Source: Candidatus Uhrbacteria bacterium (GTDB taxonomy: Bacteria > Patescibacteriota > Patescibacteriia > GWA2-47-26). Taken from it: a stretch of 64,000 bases of DNA. Within the stretch, counting starts at the first letter, position 1; each line of letters starts with the position of its first letter. The translations under genes were made by a program, and so were the position numbers. The stretch is from the NCBI GenBank assembly GCA_016187515.1, contig JACPJN010000006.1:856-64855 (forward strand). The letters are read 5' to 3'. Positions 62,916-64,000 of this stretch are shown here, one piece after another. The notes under the pieces are model-generated. The model was not told the DNA's origin. It worked only from the letters and a program-made list of their open reading frames with translations, and did no database searches.

Positions 62916-63900
62916 ATAATATTTCTCTCGTTACCGCCAAGATCTCCGGCCTTCCGTCCCCGTCAATATCCGTCACAATCGGAATCGCTCCGACGCGGCT
63001 GGCGCGGTCAAACGCGAAAAACCCGGGTGACAGCGCGCGTCCTTTGCCATCGAACAGTCGCACCTGCGGTCCGCCGCCGGGACCAGGGCCGGTGATGATT
63101 TCCGCGCTTCCGTCTCCGTCAGTATCTCCCGCTGCCACGCGCACTCCGCCGCGAAACCGCGGATCATACGCGAAAAATCCGCCGGAAAGCAATTTGCCTT
63201 CACCATTAAAAATGCGCACTTGCGGACCGCCGCCCGGACCGGCTCCTACGACTATCTCGGAAAACCCGTCCTTGTTCAAATCGCCGACCGCCACGTTGGC
63301 TCCGCCGCGATAATTCGGTCCAAACGGAAAAAATGACAGGGTCAGCAGGGTGCCATCAGGGCGGAACACGCGGACTTGGGTCGATACGTCAATTCTCCCC
63401 CTCTCCCCTTGCGGGAGAGGGCCGGGGTGAGGGGTGGTCCCCATTGCCGCCACAATCTCGAGAACCCCATCTCGATTCACATCCCCGATATCAAACTGCA
63501 CCTCCCCTTCCCATCTAGGGAACGGTTCAAAACGCGAGATTCGGCCATCGCCAAAAAAAATCTCCACCTGTGATTTGTGATTTGTGATTTGTGATTTTCG
63601 CACCCGCTCTTCCTTCCCATCCCCATCCACATCCACCACCGCGATCGTGGCCCCGCTGCGTTCACGTTTATCAAACGCGAAAAAACCCGCGCGTACCGGC
63701 TCCCCGCGCGCGTCAAATACTCGGGCAAACACGCCGTTTTCAAATGGCGCGCCGACAATGACCTGCAGCGGCCGCAGCACGATCAGTCCATCCTGTCCCG
63801 CTAAAGTAACGCTCCGGACAATCGCGCCATCATTTATCTTTGGATCTTGCGGGCCGCGCAGCTTCTCCACTTCGACCGGCAAGCTGACCGTCCGGCTCAC
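62914..63900 (-). CDS. FG-GAP/VCBS repeat protein (paralogous to the propeller part of the S8 peptidase)
   Basis: Repeats DVDGDGKEE, GDVNRDGVLEIV, GDLNKDGFSEIVVGAG, GDTDGDGSAEIITGPG, TDIDGDGRPEIL. GTG start per the ORF track. Contains (GTGATTT)x4 and an A8/T8 tract in frame. Confidence 0.7.
   Translation of the reverse strand: MSRTVSLPVEVEKLRGPQDPKINDGAIVRSVTLAGQDGLIVLRPLQVIVGAPFENGVFARVFDARGEPVRAGFFAFDKRERSGATIAVVDVDGDGKEERVRKSQITNHKSQVEIFFGDGRISRFEPFPRWEGEVQFDIGDVNRDGVLEIVAAMGTTPHPGPLPQGERGRIDVSTQVRVFRPDGTLLTLSFFPFGPNYRGGANVAVGDLNKDGFSEIVVGAGPGGGPQVRIFNGEGKLLSGGFFAYDPRFRGGVRVAAGDTDGDGSAEIITGPGPGGGPQVRLFDGKGRALSPGFFAFDRASRVGAIPIVTDIDGDGRPEILAVTREIL
63570..63597. repeat. Heptanucleotide tandem repeat (GTGATTT)x4 inside FG-GAP CDS, 8 nt from an A8 tract (63554-63561)
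   Basis: Direct reading of CCAAAAAAAATCTCCACCTGTGATTTGTGATTTGTGATTTGTGATTTT. Confidence 0.8.
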
Positions 63901-64000
63901 TTTACCGCTATTTAACAGGACCAGGCCTTTTTCAAAATCCCGCCGCCATAATCCTTCGGCAAACGGACGCTGTTTATCATAAGAGCGCGGAGGCGCCAGC

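Noticed and set aside
63584-63982. Plus-strand ORF 63584..63982
   Set aside because: It is antisense to the FG-GAP gene with Ser/Arg/Pro-rich composition. The minus-strand frame carries clear FG-GAP repeats.

Overview
This 64-kb window is mostly minus-strand coding and appears to come from a repeat-rich bacterium with standard genetic code (TGA is used as a stop). The gene content looks like a small-genome, uncultivated lineage (CPR/Patescibacteria-like). That assignment is inference only. Three blocks are visible. (i) 1-8.5 kb holds housekeeping genes: a membrane protein truncated by the window edge, HU, an IMPase remnant, an MsbA-like ABC exporter, tRNA-Trp with its own promoter, a thermonuclease, an M23 peptidase, a receiver-HD(-GYP) response regulator, a ROK kinase and a GATase1. 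(ii) 8.5-24 kb is an accessory island. It carries five diversified paralogues whose C-terminus is a PEP-utilizer swivel phosphohistidine domain preceded by a central domain like the substrate-binding part of rifampin phosphotransferase. It carries only one stand-alone PPDK_N ATP-grasp gene, plus a decayed remnant of a second. Around these sit Fic, a RelE/ParE toxin with antitoxin, a TrpR-like YerC protein, a retropepsin-like protease and a GC-rich creatininase-family gene with a near-consensus promoter and terminator. (iii) 24-64 kb holds MgtE, riboflavin genes (ribH, ribE, riboflavin kinase), Nudix, Ctp, MurA and a PEGA protein. A large envelope glycosylation locus follows (four GT2, two GT4, RmlB, RmlD, a UXS-like gene, a half-size NDP-hexose 2,3-dehydratase-like gene, a PMT-like membrane glycosyltransferase, a CDP-alcohol phosphatidyltransferase, HIT). 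Next to it are an S8 protease with FG-GAP repeats, an ECF sigma/anti-sigma pair, an excisionase-type HTH gene and two giant Thr/Ala/Gly-rich surface proteins (1233 and 1928 aa). The dominant unusual signal is a family of about 40-bp GC-rich hairpin units (core TCCCCTTA-NNN-TAAGGGGA with a TCATAACCCCTCC-type flank), solo or as inverted pairs, inserted in frame into at least 12 protein-coding genes without breaking them. Further repeat families (GTAAATCAAG iteron-like arrays at gene junctions, AAATTACAAATCACAAA palindromes, DnaA-box-like TTATCCACA 9-mers, in-CDS heptanucleotide tandem repeats) are also present. No CRISPR array or rRNA was seen, and there is no evidence of an origin of replication.
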